From a virus: a stretch of 64,000 nucleotides of DNA. Numbering within the stretch: position 1 is the first letter of the stretch; the number at the start of each line of letters is the position of its first letter. The notes below the pieces were generated by a model. The model saw only the letters and a list, made by a program, of their open reading frames with translations. It had not been told where the DNA came from and did not search any database. Position numbers and translations under genes: made by a program. Below are positions 51,609 to 61,268 of the stretch, in pieces. The stretch lies in the IMG/VR virus record IMGVR_UViG_3300013006_000018; one strand, given 5' to 3'.

Positions 51609-52029
51609 CGGCTAATGCAGATTCTACTATTTCTTTTAAAGCTTCTTTTGAATTATCCATAGGTTGCGTTGTAACAACAGTAGATATATCTATATAGATA
51701 GCGACATCTTTCTTACACTCTTGGCATGTATATAAATTGTCTGTATTGAATCTAATAGGCACAAACGCCTTAACTTTCTTATGACAAGGGCAAACTACTT
51801 CAGCGCCTTGATAAGAAAACTCTTTTATACGTTCATTTTCTAATTTTTTATTTTTTAAAAGAAAGTATACCGTAAAAACATTACTATAAATATAGTATAT
51901 AAAAAATTGAAGGCTGAGACCGATCCCGCATCCAAGCCAAAAGCTGAGCCCTAATTCTTTAGTTAGAAATCCTGTTAATAGAGAAACAGAGATTAGTATT
52001 AATAGTTGTACTATTGTCTTTAAGACCAC
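51595..52029 (-). CDS. Membrane protein (2 TM) with Zn-ribbon-like CPC...CxxC
   Basis: Two hydrophobic N-terminal segments, then VVCPCH...YTCQECK. Confidence 0.6.
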   Translation of the reverse strand: MVLKTIVQLLILISVSLLTGFLTKELGLSFWLGCGIGLSLQFFIYYIYSNVFTVYFLLKNKKLENERIKEFSYQGAEVVCPCHKKVKAFVPIRFNTDNLYTCQECKKDVAIYIDISTVVTTQPMDNSKEALKEIVESALADEYT

Positions 52030-52036
52030 AATATAT

Positions 52037-52064
52037 ATTTTATGAACTTTTTGATACTAATCAA
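52037..52064 (-). promoter_or_regulatory. sigma70-like promoter
   Basis: TTGATT-N16-TAAAAT-N7-GTG. Confidence 0.6.
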
Positions 52065-52431
52065 TGATCTTATCTAGAGTATCGCTGACGTGCTTGACTG
52101 TGTCAATTATAGCTTTAAGTTTTCTTATAGCATCCTGCACCTCGAGTTTTGCTTTAGTATTTTCAGATACTAAGGGAAAATTGAGTGAGGTTTCAAAGAG
52201 CTGTAATGCATTAGATGCATCAACATATATTTGGCCTAGCGAATCTGTTACCGTAGTGAGAGGGAACGGAAGGCTTTTTCTTAATTGTACTTGGTTCGGA
52301 AATTGGGACATCGACTTGTTAAATAGGTCCTTTATAGTAACCTGTTGTGCATTAACCTCTCTTGCAGCCATACCTGTAGTCCACTTGTTATAGTAGCTTA
52401 CTGTATCTTCAAACATTAACCTTTTCTTCAC
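52057..52431 (-). CDS. Hypothetical late protein
   Basis: AATAAATA-6nt-GTG; begins MKKRLMFED. Confidence 0.6.
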   Translation of the reverse strand: MKKRLMFEDTVSYYNKWTTGMAAREVNAQQVTIKDLFNKSMSQFPNQVQLRKSLPFPLTTVTDSLGQIYVDASNALQLFETSLNFPLVSENTKAKLEVQDAIRKLKAIIDTVKHVSDTLDKIID

Positions 52432-52437
52432 TAAATA

Positions 52438-52457
52438 TATTTATTCTAATATAAATA
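52438..52457. promoter_or_regulatory. Divergent late promoters
   Basis: AATAAATA (-, 52438-45) and TATAAATA (+, 52450-57). Confidence 0.75.
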
Positions 52458-52464
52458 ATAATGT

Positions 52465-52881
52465 ATGAGTAATATTTTTGAAAAACGATTTAATACGATT
52501 TTGGAAGCTGACGTTGCGCCAATGCCGGAGATGCAAGATGACGCGCCTATGACTGACAGAGAAGCAATGGCCCAGACATTAAAGACGTCAAAGCCAGAGG
52601 ATTATGATGTACAAGCACCTCATGGGGGCGGTGAGATAGAGAAGGAAAAAGAACACCAAAAAACGCAGCTCGGTGGTTGGGTACAGGAAATTGACAAGTT
52701 TATTGCCTTTTTGAACGGGACAGATGGTGGCTCAATTCAAGCAAAATTACATGCTGCCCGTTGCGATTCAGTGTTTGAAGATATCGCAAGAAGCGAGAAA
52801 AAGAAAATAGCTAGAATAGCAGCAGAATTGAGCGCCTTAAGCGAAGCGTTTAAGGGTTACTTGATTTCAATGTCTAGTTAA
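52465..52881 (+). CDS. Hypothetical late protein (candidate internal head protein)
   Basis: TATAAATA-7nt-ATG; begins MSNIFEKRFNTILEAD. Confidence 0.65.
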   Translation: MSNIFEKRFNTILEADVAPMPEMQDDAPMTDREAMAQTLKTSKPEDYDVQAPHGGGEIEKEKEHQKTQLGGWVQEIDKFIAFLNGTDGGSIQAKLHAARCDSVFEDIARSEKKKIARIAAELSALSEAFKGYLISMSS

Positions 52882-53914
52882 TATTTGTTAAAATAAGTCT
52901 TGCTTTTATACCGCTAAAGCTGTTTTCATTCACAAAGCTGGTATCAATACAATCTAGTTTTTGATCAATACAGATATCGTTAAAGTCTTTATATTTTTTC
53001 CCATATTTTTCTGGCCATACAAAAACTGTTTCCCCGCTTTCAACTAAACTTGCTGTCTTCTTTTTACTGGCCGTATCCTTCCACTGGCTATCAAGAACCC
53101 ATACTTTTTTAAATAAGTTAAATTCAAAGAGCTGCTTTTCTTGCAGGGGAGAAAAACTATTTATGGAATCTTCTTGAATACCAGCAACAGCAATACCATT
53201 ACGCATAAAAAAACAATCTATAGGGCCTTCGAAAATAAAGATCTGCTCCAAACCAGTATCAATTTGATTTATATTAAACAAAGACCGTTCACCACGAACC
53301 TTACTTAGGTAACGGGGTTTAAGTTTCAGATCAATATCATAGATAGCTCTCGTCTGATAAAAGATTATATTATTACTTTTATCATAAAACGGTATGATGA
53401 TACGGTTCTTGTGTATATAATCAGTAAGAGAAATATATAGAGCATGAGGACGATTGATTGCTGTATCTAATCTACGCTTCTTAATAAGACTCAACGCATC
53501 TATTACACATTTATTATCTTTAAAGAATTGTACCTGAGAATCATCAAATAAATTAATTGAATCTGTAGGTAGATGTTCAATGACCGGTATCTTATTCTTT
53601 ACTCTCTCTTCAATGTCTACGTCTTTTACCATATTAGGTATAACGTCAAAGTTGCCGGCCTCTTTTAATATTTCACCTACCGAAAGACCCGACACCTCCT
53701 GTATCCATTTAACAGGAGCACCATACCACCCGCAATTATGGCAGCAAATAATATTCTTAGTTATAACGTAATAGCAGCGGCGTTTTACTTGCCAGGAATT
53801 ACCTTCCCTGCATATAGGGCATCCCGCTTCATAGGTTTGTGATAACTTCTTAAATCGCGGGTACCCTGCGTACTGATAAAATTTTTGTACAATATACTCT
53901 TGAGGAATATCCAC
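52874..53914 (-). CDS. DNA primase gp61
   Basis: CPIC...CHNCG zinc-binding domain, RIIIPFYD...YQTR, IFEGPID, WVLD TOPRIM, KDFND. Confidence 0.9.
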   Translation of the reverse strand: MDIPQEYIVQKFYQYAGYPRFKKLSQTYEAGCPICREGNSWQVKRRCYYVITKNIICCHNCGWYGAPVKWIQEVSGLSVGEILKEAGNFDVIPNMVKDVDIEERVKNKIPVIEHLPTDSINLFDDSQVQFFKDNKCVIDALSLIKKRRLDTAINRPHALYISLTDYIHKNRIIIPFYDKSNNIIFYQTRAIYDIDLKLKPRYLSKVRGERSLFNINQIDTGLEQIFIFEGPIDCFFMRNGIAVAGIQEDSINSFSPLQEKQLFEFNLFKKVWVLDSQWKDTASKKKTASLVESGETVFVWPEKYGKKYKDFNDICIDQKLDCIDTSFVNENSFSGIKARLILTNIN

Positions 53915-53919
53915 AAGCT

Positions 53920-53948
53920 ATTGTAGTAATATAGGAAGTAAAATTCTA
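53920..53948 (-). promoter_or_regulatory. sigma70-like promoter for primase
   Basis: TAGAAT-N17-TACAAT-N5-GTG. Confidence 0.55.
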
Positions 53949-54143
53949 CTCTTTTTTATCTTGAGTAGCACTAGGTATGTCTCTAACAGAGACAACGCCT
54001 TTACGGATAAAAGTACCGCTTGCGGGATCAATATATTCGGCTTCAACAACTTCTTTGCGACCACGGATATATGTTTTTAATGTGGGCCTAACAGGTTCAC
54101 CGGAGATGGGTGATGTAATTATTACCGGCTTAATGAAGTCCAT
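53946..54143 (-). CDS. Small hypothetical protein
   Basis: Start revised to ATG 54143 (GATAAATA-5nt-ATG); SPISG...DPASG knuckles resemble a Cys-less zinc ribbon. Confidence 0.6.
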   Translation of the reverse strand: MDFIKPVIITSPISGEPVRPTLKTYIRGRKEVVEAEYIDPASGTFIRKGVVSVRDIPSATQDKKE

Positions 54144-54170
54144 AAAACTATTTATCAACCAAGTTTATAA

Positions 54171-54470
54171 TTACAAGTTGTTCTTATTGTATTGACGTAG
54201 ACAGGTATCATAAATATTCCTAGGTAGTCTTTCAACTATATCAACAATACCGTTGTCAAGACCAAATTGAAATTTTTCGACAGGAATAACTCTATTAATC
54301 ATCTTGGGCATAGATAGAAACCCATGGCTTTCGTTCATAGTCTTACAGTAAACAAGTAGTTCACCGAGGTATGTACCTTTTGTAACAGCGTAAATATACC
54401 CCCTTTTAGGGTGAGGCTTAACCGAGAAGCTGTTCTTTAAGTGCGATAATACATTTTTGAGCTGAGTCAT
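54171..54470 (-). CDS. Hypothetical protein
   Basis: ORF; first ATG at 54470. Confidence 0.5.
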   Translation of the reverse strand: MTQLKNVLSHLKNSFSVKPHPKRGYIYAVTKGTYLGELLVYCKTMNESHGFLSMPKMINRVIPVEKFQFGLDNGIVDIVERLPRNIYDTCLRQYNKNNL

Positions 54471-55296
54471 AAATATCAGGTAGGCCGAGTTCAAGTTTAT
54501 GAATTTTTTCAGTAGAAAGCAAGCAATTTGATCTATTCGCTTTAAAGCCTATTTCGTCATAATTTTTCATTTTCCAGTTGGCGTTGATCAAATCATTTGC
54601 TGTAAGAATATCAACAACAGCACGTGCCGTAATACCACCTGTATTAACAACGTTATAGATACCGGACTTTGTGTATTGATAGTTGAGCGAAATAAATTTA
54701 TAGAAAAATTCACATAAATCCTCAACACAAGTACAGCTGTTATTAAAATCTATTAGGTTATCGTAGTTTAAGATCTTAATGAAATAATTTTTCTTGTTTA
54801 TCTCGCCTGTAAACGGTATGCGTACCCTAAAGATAGATGTATTGACATAGTTAGTAATAAGCTCGGAAATATGTTTTGTTTTTGAATAGAAGCTACTCTC
54901 TGGATTAAACAGTCCGAAGTTTGGTGTATCGGTTTCACTATATTCCTTTTCGTATCCGTTGTAAATACACCCACTAGAAATCGTAATTAATGCGTATTTA
55001 TTTTGAATACAAAAACTATTTAATATAGATTGGAGATTGACGTTGTAATTGAAACAAACAGATTTATTGTCCTCACAAGCTTCAACGTTCGGAGAGCCTG
55101 TATAACCAGAGCAGTTAACTACAGTAACAAATTCATTTCTAACATGCTTTGCTATATAACTAGCTAGCTTATTAGTATCAAAATAATCGCACTCAGATCT
55201 TGATATATGATGTAAATCTAGTTGTTTATCTTGTAAGAAAGAAAAAAGCTTATTACCAATGAAGCCTTTGCCTAGAACTAGAATTGAATCGCGCAC
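54418..55296 (-). CDS. NDP-4-keto-6-deoxyglucose 3,5-epimerase/4-reductase-like (RmlD/NRS-ER family SDR)
   Basis: GKGFIG Rossmann motif, NCSGYTGSPNVEACE, ISSGCIY, FYSKTK (YxxxK), RVRIP, GIYNVVN. Confidence 0.8.
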   Translation of the reverse strand: MRDSILVLGKGFIGNKLFSFLQDKQLDLHHISRSECDYFDTNKLASYIAKHVRNEFVTVVNCSGYTGSPNVEACEDNKSVCFNYNVNLQSILNSFCIQNKYALITISSGCIYNGYEKEYSETDTPNFGLFNPESSFYSKTKHISELITNYVNTSIFRVRIPFTGEINKKNYFIKILNYDNLIDFNNSCTCVEDLCEFFYKFISLNYQYTKSGIYNVVNTGGITARAVVDILTANDLINANWKMKNYDEIGFKANRSNCLLSTEKIHKLELGLPDIYDSAQKCIIALKEQLLG

Positions 55297-55313
55297 AAAA
55301 TAACTTATTTAAG

Positions 55314-55640
55314 TTATTCACTATCTCCAGGCTCACTCCTTACGTTTTTTATAAAAAACTTGTTTAAAAGTGTGGCGAGAGAGTCAGCCTCTTGCTCATT
55401 ATGAGCAAAGATAAAATTAACTGGTTGACCATCCATCGTGTAGCCTAAAATAATAAACGAGTTTAGGAACTCTTGTACCGTATTAACTAATGCGTCTGTA
55501 TTTTTTCGGGCAGAACTGTTTTCTTTAATCTGATTCTGAATAAAGGCGGCAAAAGCTTTTTTAGCTAAATCTTTTGTTTCGCTATCTTTTGGGTCAAAGT
55601 CGTTATTATCCTTCGACTGATTCTGGTTGACTTTCTTCAT
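55314..55640 (-). CDS. Hypothetical protein
   Basis: 108 aa; GATAAATA-6nt-ATG. Confidence 0.6.
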   Translation of the reverse strand: MKKVNQNQSKDNNDFDPKDSETKDLAKKAFAAFIQNQIKENSSARKNTDALVNTVQEFLNSFIILGYTMDGQPVNFIFAHNEQEADSLATLLNKFFIKNVRSEPGDSE

Positions 55641-55992
55641 TTATATTATTTATCCTCTTGGAGAGAAATCTACAGCGACCGGAGTAGTCTTGATTACATG
55701 TTACACCATATTTTACAAGGTATTCAATTATAGTTTCAATACTTTCGGTCTTTAAGGTAAAATTACGGGGGAATCTATTGCCGCCGTCATTCAGCTCAAA
55801 GCATGTTGAGTTATTGTCGCCGCCATCATTATAGCAAGTAATAAAGACAGAGACTTCACTAGGATTAACTAGTACGGTCCATCTACGGGGATCGCTTTTA
55901 TTAAAAATAGAGAACACTTTCAAGACAACAAACCCGTTGTCTTTAAGACGTTTTATAAAGTACCCCGGTGTACGTATTTTGTTTTTACTCAT
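55606..55992 (-). CDS. Hypothetical protein
   Basis: 128 aa, coupled to the clamp gene. Confidence 0.6.
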   Translation of the reverse strand: MSKNKIRTPGYFIKRLKDNGFVVLKVFSIFNKSDPRRWTVLVNPSEVSVFITCYNDGGDNNSTCFELNDGGNRFPRNFTLKTESIETIIEYLVKYGVTCNQDYSGRCRFLSKRINNINEESQPESVEG

Positions 55993-56723
55993 TAGCTTGT
56001 AAGAGCTGAGATGACAATTTTATGTTTCACTGCACTATCATCTAGTTCCAGTAACGCTATACCCATTTTCGAATGGATTTTAATGTTAAATGTTTTTACC
56101 CTCATAGAAGAAATTATTCTAAAAATTTCAAAATTCAACGGTATCCCTGTAGTTATTGCGACACCAACATAGTCATCTGTAAGCTTTAAATCAAAGGAGT
56201 CTATATTCGGTCTACTTTTATCAGTAAGCTCTCCAAATACACTATTATTTTTAAATGTTAAATACATCTTGCTTGAGTCATTATTAATAGAACTCGCTTT
56301 TACCAGGTTAACTAGGACAGACTGTGAAAGTGAAAAGCAACCATCGAACTTAATATCATCCAATTTATTAATATTAAGTTTTGGAGTTGTAATAATACCG
56401 TCATCAAACAAATGATATTTAAATCTGATATCGTCAGAGCTGTAGGAAATATTATTACTATTGATTGTAATATCAAATTCTTTACTTGAAATACAGGAGA
56501 ACAATCGATGTAATTTTTTAAGGTCCGGTATATTGAGTGTTACTTTACCTTTCATTTTTTCATCAGAAAAGGTAGAAGATACAATTACCGTACTATCACT
56601 TGTCGATAATAAGGAATTAATACCGCTGTCGGTAATATTAATTACCGCACTTTCAGAAATTTTACTTATAAAGCCGAGAAAGCTATCTAAAAAACAATCT
56701 CGATCACGAATTGTTACTAACAT
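55992..56723 (-). CDS. Sliding clamp gp45-like
   Basis: 243 aa alternating beta/alpha clamp pattern (LNIPDLKKL...IRFKYHLFD); replication context. Confidence 0.7.
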   Translation of the reverse strand: MLVTIRDRDCFLDSFLGFISKISESAVINITDSGINSLLSTSDSTVIVSSTFSDEKMKGKVTLNIPDLKKLHRLFSCISSKEFDITINSNNISYSSDDIRFKYHLFDDGIITTPKLNINKLDDIKFDGCFSLSQSVLVNLVKASSINNDSSKMYLTFKNNSVFGELTDKSRPNIDSFDLKLTDDYVGVAITTGIPLNFEIFRIISSMRVKTFNIKIHSKMGIALLELDDSAVKHKIVISALTS

Positions 56724-56728
56724 TAAAA

Positions 56729-57118
56729 CTACTTAGATGTTTTAGATAAAATTGTAAGTGTATTTTTAGTATTTTCTTGTATCTTCTCTAAACATATTGC
56801 TATTCTATCTAGACTCAAAGCAATCTTATTATTCTCTGGAGCAATAGGGATATGAGAAATGGTAGGTACTTGGGCCTGCTGTACAAAGGGCTGCACCTGC
56901 AGTGCAGGCGCCCCTTGAGGCAAGGGCTGTGCTTGAGTTTGTTGCTTTGGTATTGTTTTTAAGATGCCCTCGGGATTTAAGCTTAACCCCTGCAGCGTAG
57001 GATTCTTACTAACAATATGACCGTCTAGTGCCTTAAGGTCACCGAGATTCTGACCCATAAACTGGAGTGTTACCAGTCTGATCTCTTCTGGTGTAGGCTC
57101 TCTGAAAGTATCGCTCAT
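56729..57118 (-). CDS. Hypothetical protein (Q/P-rich middle)
   Basis: 129 aa between gp32 and gp45. Confidence 0.55.
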   Translation of the reverse strand: MSDTFREPTPEEIRLVTLQFMGQNLGDLKALDGHIVSKNPTLQGLSLNPEGILKTIPKQQTQAQPLPQGAPALQVQPFVQQAQVPTISHIPIAPENNKIALSLDRIAICLEKIQENTKNTLTILSKTSK

Positions 57119-57990
57119 TATTCGTCAAGCTCTTTAAGAAGATTAGTAATAGAATCATCACTTAAATCATCTTCAACTTTTTTAGTAGCTTTTACCGAGG
57201 GTGTTTCTGTATTTACCTGTTTTTTAATAGATTTTACTTCAGCTACGATTTGAGGTACTGTAACTTCTGCTTCCTCAGCTACATCCTCTTTACAATAGAA
57301 ATGCTGATCAAATAGTGATTTTAATTCATCGTAACTCTTAACAGATACATATGACTCTAAATTACAAGCGCCGTTATATTTTTCATCGTATTCATCTGCA
57401 TCTAATCCTTCAATTTCTTTAGCAGATTCAAATCTTGAAGAGACATACGTCGGATAATCACCTTGCTTTTCAACCCTAATCTTTAAATTACATCCTTTAG
57501 GAGATAAGTCAAAAATACGAGGACCAAACTCTTCCGCAGCTTCTCCTTCTATAGCATCCATAATAATCTTATGAAGCTGTTTGCCGAATCGGATAACTTT
57601 TATCTTTCCGTTGTTATCTGGATTGACAGGGTCTTTAACAACATAGGCGTTTACCATCCAATTTTCCCGTCTCATAATCACAGACATTTTCTTCTTTTCA
57701 TCTTCGGTACCATTACGAAGAACACGGTACCGCTCTTCTCCGATAGGGTCCCTTTGGCCCCATGTAGTTGGACTTACACACATAACAAGCTGGCCGGTAC
57801 TGTAACTATTCCAGCCGTATGAATAATAATGGAAGAAGGTCTTTGTAGGGTCTTTGATATTAGGTAACAGCCTTACCGTATATGTGTTGCCTACTTCAGT
57901 CCTTAAGAAGTCTTTGGTACGGGAGGCGGTTGGTTCTTTAGTTAGGGCAGACTTAATGCTTTCAAACATTGAATTTGTAAATGAGTTCAT
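57118..57990 (-). CDS. Single-stranded DNA-binding protein gp32
   Basis: VRLLP...DPIGE...NAYVVKDPVNPDNNGKIKVIRFGKQLHKII...FDLSPKGCNLKI...YVSSRF; acidic tail. Confidence 0.9.
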   Translation of the reverse strand: MNSFTNSMFESIKSALTKEPTASRTKDFLRTEVGNTYTVRLLPNIKDPTKTFFHYYSYGWNSYSTGQLVMCVSPTTWGQRDPIGEERYRVLRNGTEDEKKKMSVIMRRENWMVNAYVVKDPVNPDNNGKIKVIRFGKQLHKIIMDAIEGEAAEEFGPRIFDLSPKGCNLKIRVEKQGDYPTYVSSRFESAKEIEGLDADEYDEKYNGACNLESYVSVKSYDELKSLFDQHFYCKEDVAEEAEVTVPQIVAEVKSIKKQVNTETPSVKATKKVEDDLSDDSITNLLKELDE

Positions 57991-57996
57991 AATTAA

Positions 57997-58024
57997 ATTT
58001 TATGATAACGAATCTTGAATTCAA
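57997..58024 (-). promoter_or_regulatory. sigma70-like promoter for gp32
   Basis: TTGAAT-N16-TAAAAT-N6-ATG. Confidence 0.7.
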
Positions 58025-58683
58025 GCTTTATTTAAAGTATCTTTGATCTTTTTAATGGCATGCGTCCCGAGTAGTTTGGCCTTCTTAGAAAAACTGTACT
58101 TATTTTTAAGAGTTTCGACTCTATTAAAGAAATTATTTCCAAACATAAATTCTAAAATTTCAGCTCCTGAGATTCTCATATTACGAATAGCGTCTTTAAA
58201 TTCAAAAAGTGAATAGAGATTTATCTTATGCTCTTGTAGATGTAGCAAAAAAGAGAAGATATTGTTTGTCTTATGGTTTACATAACTATCAATAGTGATA
58301 TTGTTTTCGGTACAAAATTCTTTAATAAACTTAAAGGATATTAATAAAGCTCGAAGCTGTTTTAAATCATCCGGGTCGAGCTGCTCAGTTCTCTTTACAA
58401 TAAGGGTGTAGGCTCTGGTAGCTTTAAGACTAATATAATAATCCAGTCCGAAGTATTTTTCGTCTTTATATAGTTCATAGGGAGCTTGAAAAAATTCTAA
58501 TATGGAAATATGCTTAAATCTATTAAAGAAGTTGGACAACTTTTTAAGGTGAACGTAATCTTTGTCATTAAAATCAGTAAAGTCTTTGCGCGCTCGATAA
58601 GGCTGATTCTTGGCACCTCTTGAAACCTTTATAAAGGTATTGTATATGTGTTTTTCGAAATCTGTAAGAGTATTCAATACCAT
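58021..58683 (-). CDS. Probable helicase loader gp59-like
   Basis: 220-aa basic helical protein next to gp32, as in T4; FTDFNDKDYVHLKKLSNFF. Confidence 0.45.
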   Translation of the reverse strand: MVLNTLTDFEKHIYNTFIKVSRGAKNQPYRARKDFTDFNDKDYVHLKKLSNFFNRFKHISILEFFQAPYELYKDEKYFGLDYYISLKATRAYTLIVKRTEQLDPDDLKQLRALLISFKFIKEFCTENNITIDSYVNHKTNNIFSFLLHLQEHKINLYSLFEFKDAIRNMRISGAEILEFMFGNNFFNRVETLKNKYSFSKKAKLLGTHAIKKIKDTLNKA

Positions 58684-58965
58684 CTATGATAATGCATTTT
58701 TATTAGCGTTCAAATATTTCATTATATATTTACTTTTATATAATCCTGTATCAAACTGCAGAAAACTTTTTATCGCTGAGTAGTCGTTTTCAAAGCCACA
58801 GTACTCCTTAAACAGAGTTCTTACACTCGGATTCTGTAATAGTAGTAAGAATATATTTGCTAAGTTCATTTTTTTTGTCTGAAGTAAGCTAATAAGAGTA
58901 CAGAATGAATAAAACAAATGATTGAACTCATATGTGGTTATTGAATGGGATGGGTCTGATTTCAT
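58684..58965 (-). CDS. Hypothetical protein
   Basis: 93 aa; occupies the position of gp33 in T4 gene order but no sequence motif is recognised. Confidence 0.5.
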   Translation of the reverse strand: MKSDPSHSITTYEFNHLFYSFCTLISLLQTKKMNLANIFLLLLQNPSVRTLFKEYCGFENDYSAIKSFLQFDTGLYKSKYIMKYLNANKNALS

Positions 58966-59873
58966 AATGCAGCCAGGCTTTTACTAAAGCGAAGAAACTC
59001 CTCGTTAAGAGGTCCTCCACCAATATTCTTTGTACCTTCGCCTTTAAAGTTTTCCCTAGCAAATCTGCCTATGTGTAAATCATGGTTTTTGTTTTTATCT
59101 TTTCTTAAGCTTATATATTTTACATTTAAATTGACTACTATAGCGATATCTGCATCAGCTTTAGTTAGAATATAGTGTGCAACTTCACTCGGAGCGAAAT
59201 CTGAGGTTGTACTGACTACTTTATAATTCTTGTCTTCAAAGTTAACATTTGTTGTATATATACTAAGTTGATCGAGAATACCGTTTAATTTATTTTTATA
59301 TTGCTTAATAAGATTAGTTTGTTGGTTATTAAATCCTTTAAACCCGTCCTTAAAATCATTATAAAATTTTTCTATTCTGTCTCCTGTATAGCTCCAGAAG
59401 AGAAAGTTTAAATCTTTAGAAAAAGGGTGTTTAAGGTTATAGCTGTCATAATCATTAACTAAGGAAATTAGTAATTTTTGTTCTTGTGTTAGAATATCGT
59501 TATATTTTTCTTTAAGTCTTTTGTATAGCATTAATGCACAGCTTGAACTGTTGTCAGTAATAATTTTTGCATTTTTAAATTTAGCTACATGCTTTGGATT
59601 ATCTTCACCGTGGTTAATATATGTTACATTTTTGAGATCTGCAATATCGTCTGTAAAGCCAAGAATAGCTAAATCAAAGATATAGATTTTTTTAAAGTTT
59701 TCAGATTTATTATTATTAAGAAATGACTCAAAATCTTTACGGAAAGATTTCTCTGTAGATGCCCTATAGGGACATATAAGCTTTGTAAACCATCTGAAAA
59801 CTGTATAGCAGCATGCACCATCAAGGTCTGCATCTGTGAAGATAAAAATATTGTCGACAGGTTTTTCTGCCAT
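58962..59873 (-). CDS. DHH/DHHA1-family phosphoesterase-like protein, degenerate active site
   Basis: FTDADLDG, IFDL, LVNDYD and ISLRK present; INHGE replaces DHH and GEGT replaces GGGH. Confidence 0.75.
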   Translation of the reverse strand: MAEKPVDNIFIFTDADLDGACCYTVFRWFTKLICPYRASTEKSFRKDFESFLNNNKSENFKKIYIFDLAILGFTDDIADLKNVTYINHGEDNPKHVAKFKNAKIITDNSSSCALMLYKRLKEKYNDILTQEQKLLISLVNDYDSYNLKHPFSKDLNFLFWSYTGDRIEKFYNDFKDGFKGFNNQQTNLIKQYKNKLNGILDQLSIYTTNVNFEDKNYKVVSTTSDFAPSEVAHYILTKADADIAIVVNLNVKYISLRKDKNKNHDLHIGRFARENFKGEGTKNIGGGPLNEEFLRFSKSLAAL

Positions 59874-59908
59874 AAATTTATTTAGAGTTTATAACAAAGA
59901 AATCAATT

Positions 59909-61234
59909 CTAATTGTTTGAAAGTGAAGCAAGACTGTTTATAGTTGATGTACTTGCTTCGGTGTCGTTTACATGTTCATCTTCTGAAATTGTAAGAGTAC
60001 TATAGTCGACACGCATAATGCAGTGACCGAAATTTGTACCAAACCGATTTTTCATAATTCCGAGCTTTATAACACCGAGCTCTCTGTCTGTATCTTCTTG
60101 CCAAATGCTCATTATAACATCGGCTGTAGCGGCCAACCCCATACTCTCAGAGATGGTATTTAAACCTGGGTCAGAGGTGTTATAGCCTTCACGGTTTAAC
60201 TGTGTAGCGCTAATGACAGGGCAATTAAACACATAAGTTAACGCTCTTAACTGTTCAGTACAATATTTGATACGTTCATAGGTGTTACTTCCCAAGGTAG
60301 TATGTAGTAGATTGATATAATCTAAAACAATAGCATCAATCTTGAGACCCTTGCTAGTAAGTTTTTTGATAAAAGCTTTAAGGTGATTTGTTGTAATAGT
60401 TGAAGGGGGGAATTCTTTAACAAGAATTTTTGCACCAGGCTTTTCAGCAGTATATCCTTCTATCTGATTCTTTAATGTAATACACTCAGGCTTTAGATGG
60501 TTAAAAGGTATCTTAGTAATATTTGTATAAAGACGTTTTGCATAAACCATTTCCGGCATTTCAAGTGTTATAAGGAGAACGGTCTTATTTTGACTTGCTA
60601 TATTAACTGCAACATTACCAAGGAATATGCTTTTACCAATATTAGTTTCACCTGCAAACACATAGATTGAACGGCCTGATTCTAAAAAACCACCACCTAA
60701 TCTTTCATCAAGCCACTTCCATTTACTAGAAATATAATTATCTTCTCTATTCAGATCTTGGATAACTTTTTCAATATCGGGAAATAGATCTAGACCTGCA
60801 TCCGTCGTAAGACTAATACTGCATGCTTTATCAAATTTATTTAAAATAGCAGATGTATCAATACTATTCTTCCCGATATCATCCACGGTATCCATCATAG
60901 TATGATAGACCGCTTTTTCTTTGAGAAAAATTTCCGTATTGTTATAAAGTTCGTCGTTGTTAAATTTTTTATCTAAATCAACGAACTTGTTTACGACAAC
61001 CTTACAAGACGCTTTTAATTCGTCTGTATTGAGATAGCTCTTTATTTCTGTTAATGTCGGTTTTGTACTTCTTTTAGTATAAAAATCTTTAATGATATTA
61101 TAGATATCTCTATTATTTTTATCTTTAAAAAAGCGCAGCTCGAGAATATCTACAATCGATGCCAGGTACATCTCATCTGAAAGACATTTATAAATTATGA
61201 CTGTCTCAAAGAAATCTAAATCTAGCTTAACCAT
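59909..61234 (-). CDS. Replicative helicase gp41 (DnaB-like)
   Basis: AGETNIGKS, ITLEM, VKEFPP, VLDYINL, SATQLNR, SESMGLAATAD, KNRFG. Confidence 0.95.
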   Translation of the reverse strand: MVKLDLDFFETVIIYKCLSDEMYLASIVDILELRFFKDKNNRDIYNIIKDFYTKRSTKPTLTEIKSYLNTDELKASCKVVVNKFVDLDKKFNNDELYNNTEIFLKEKAVYHTMMDTVDDIGKNSIDTSAILNKFDKACSISLTTDAGLDLFPDIEKVIQDLNREDNYISSKWKWLDERLGGGFLESGRSIYVFAGETNIGKSIFLGNVAVNIASQNKTVLLITLEMPEMVYAKRLYTNITKIPFNHLKPECITLKNQIEGYTAEKPGAKILVKEFPPSTITTNHLKAFIKKLTSKGLKIDAIVLDYINLLHTTLGSNTYERIKYCTEQLRALTYVFNCPVISATQLNREGYNTSDPGLNTISESMGLAATADVIMSIWQEDTDRELGVIKLGIMKNRFGTNFGHCIMRVDYSTLTISEDEHVNDTEASTSTINSLASLSNN

Positions 61235-61240
61235 CTAAAG

Positions 61241-61268
61241 ATTTTATCTATGACAAGCAAATATTCAA
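61241..61268 (-). promoter_or_regulatory. sigma70-like promoter for gp41
   Basis: TTGAAT-N16-TAAAAT-N6-ATG, identical geometry to the gp32 promoter. Confidence 0.7.

Noticed and set aside
58684-58965. gp33 late co-activator
   Set aside because: Only positional support; no recognisable sequence similarity.
46835-61234. Inteins, introns or homing endonucleases in terminase, primase or helicase
   Set aside because: All have normal lengths with contiguous motifs.
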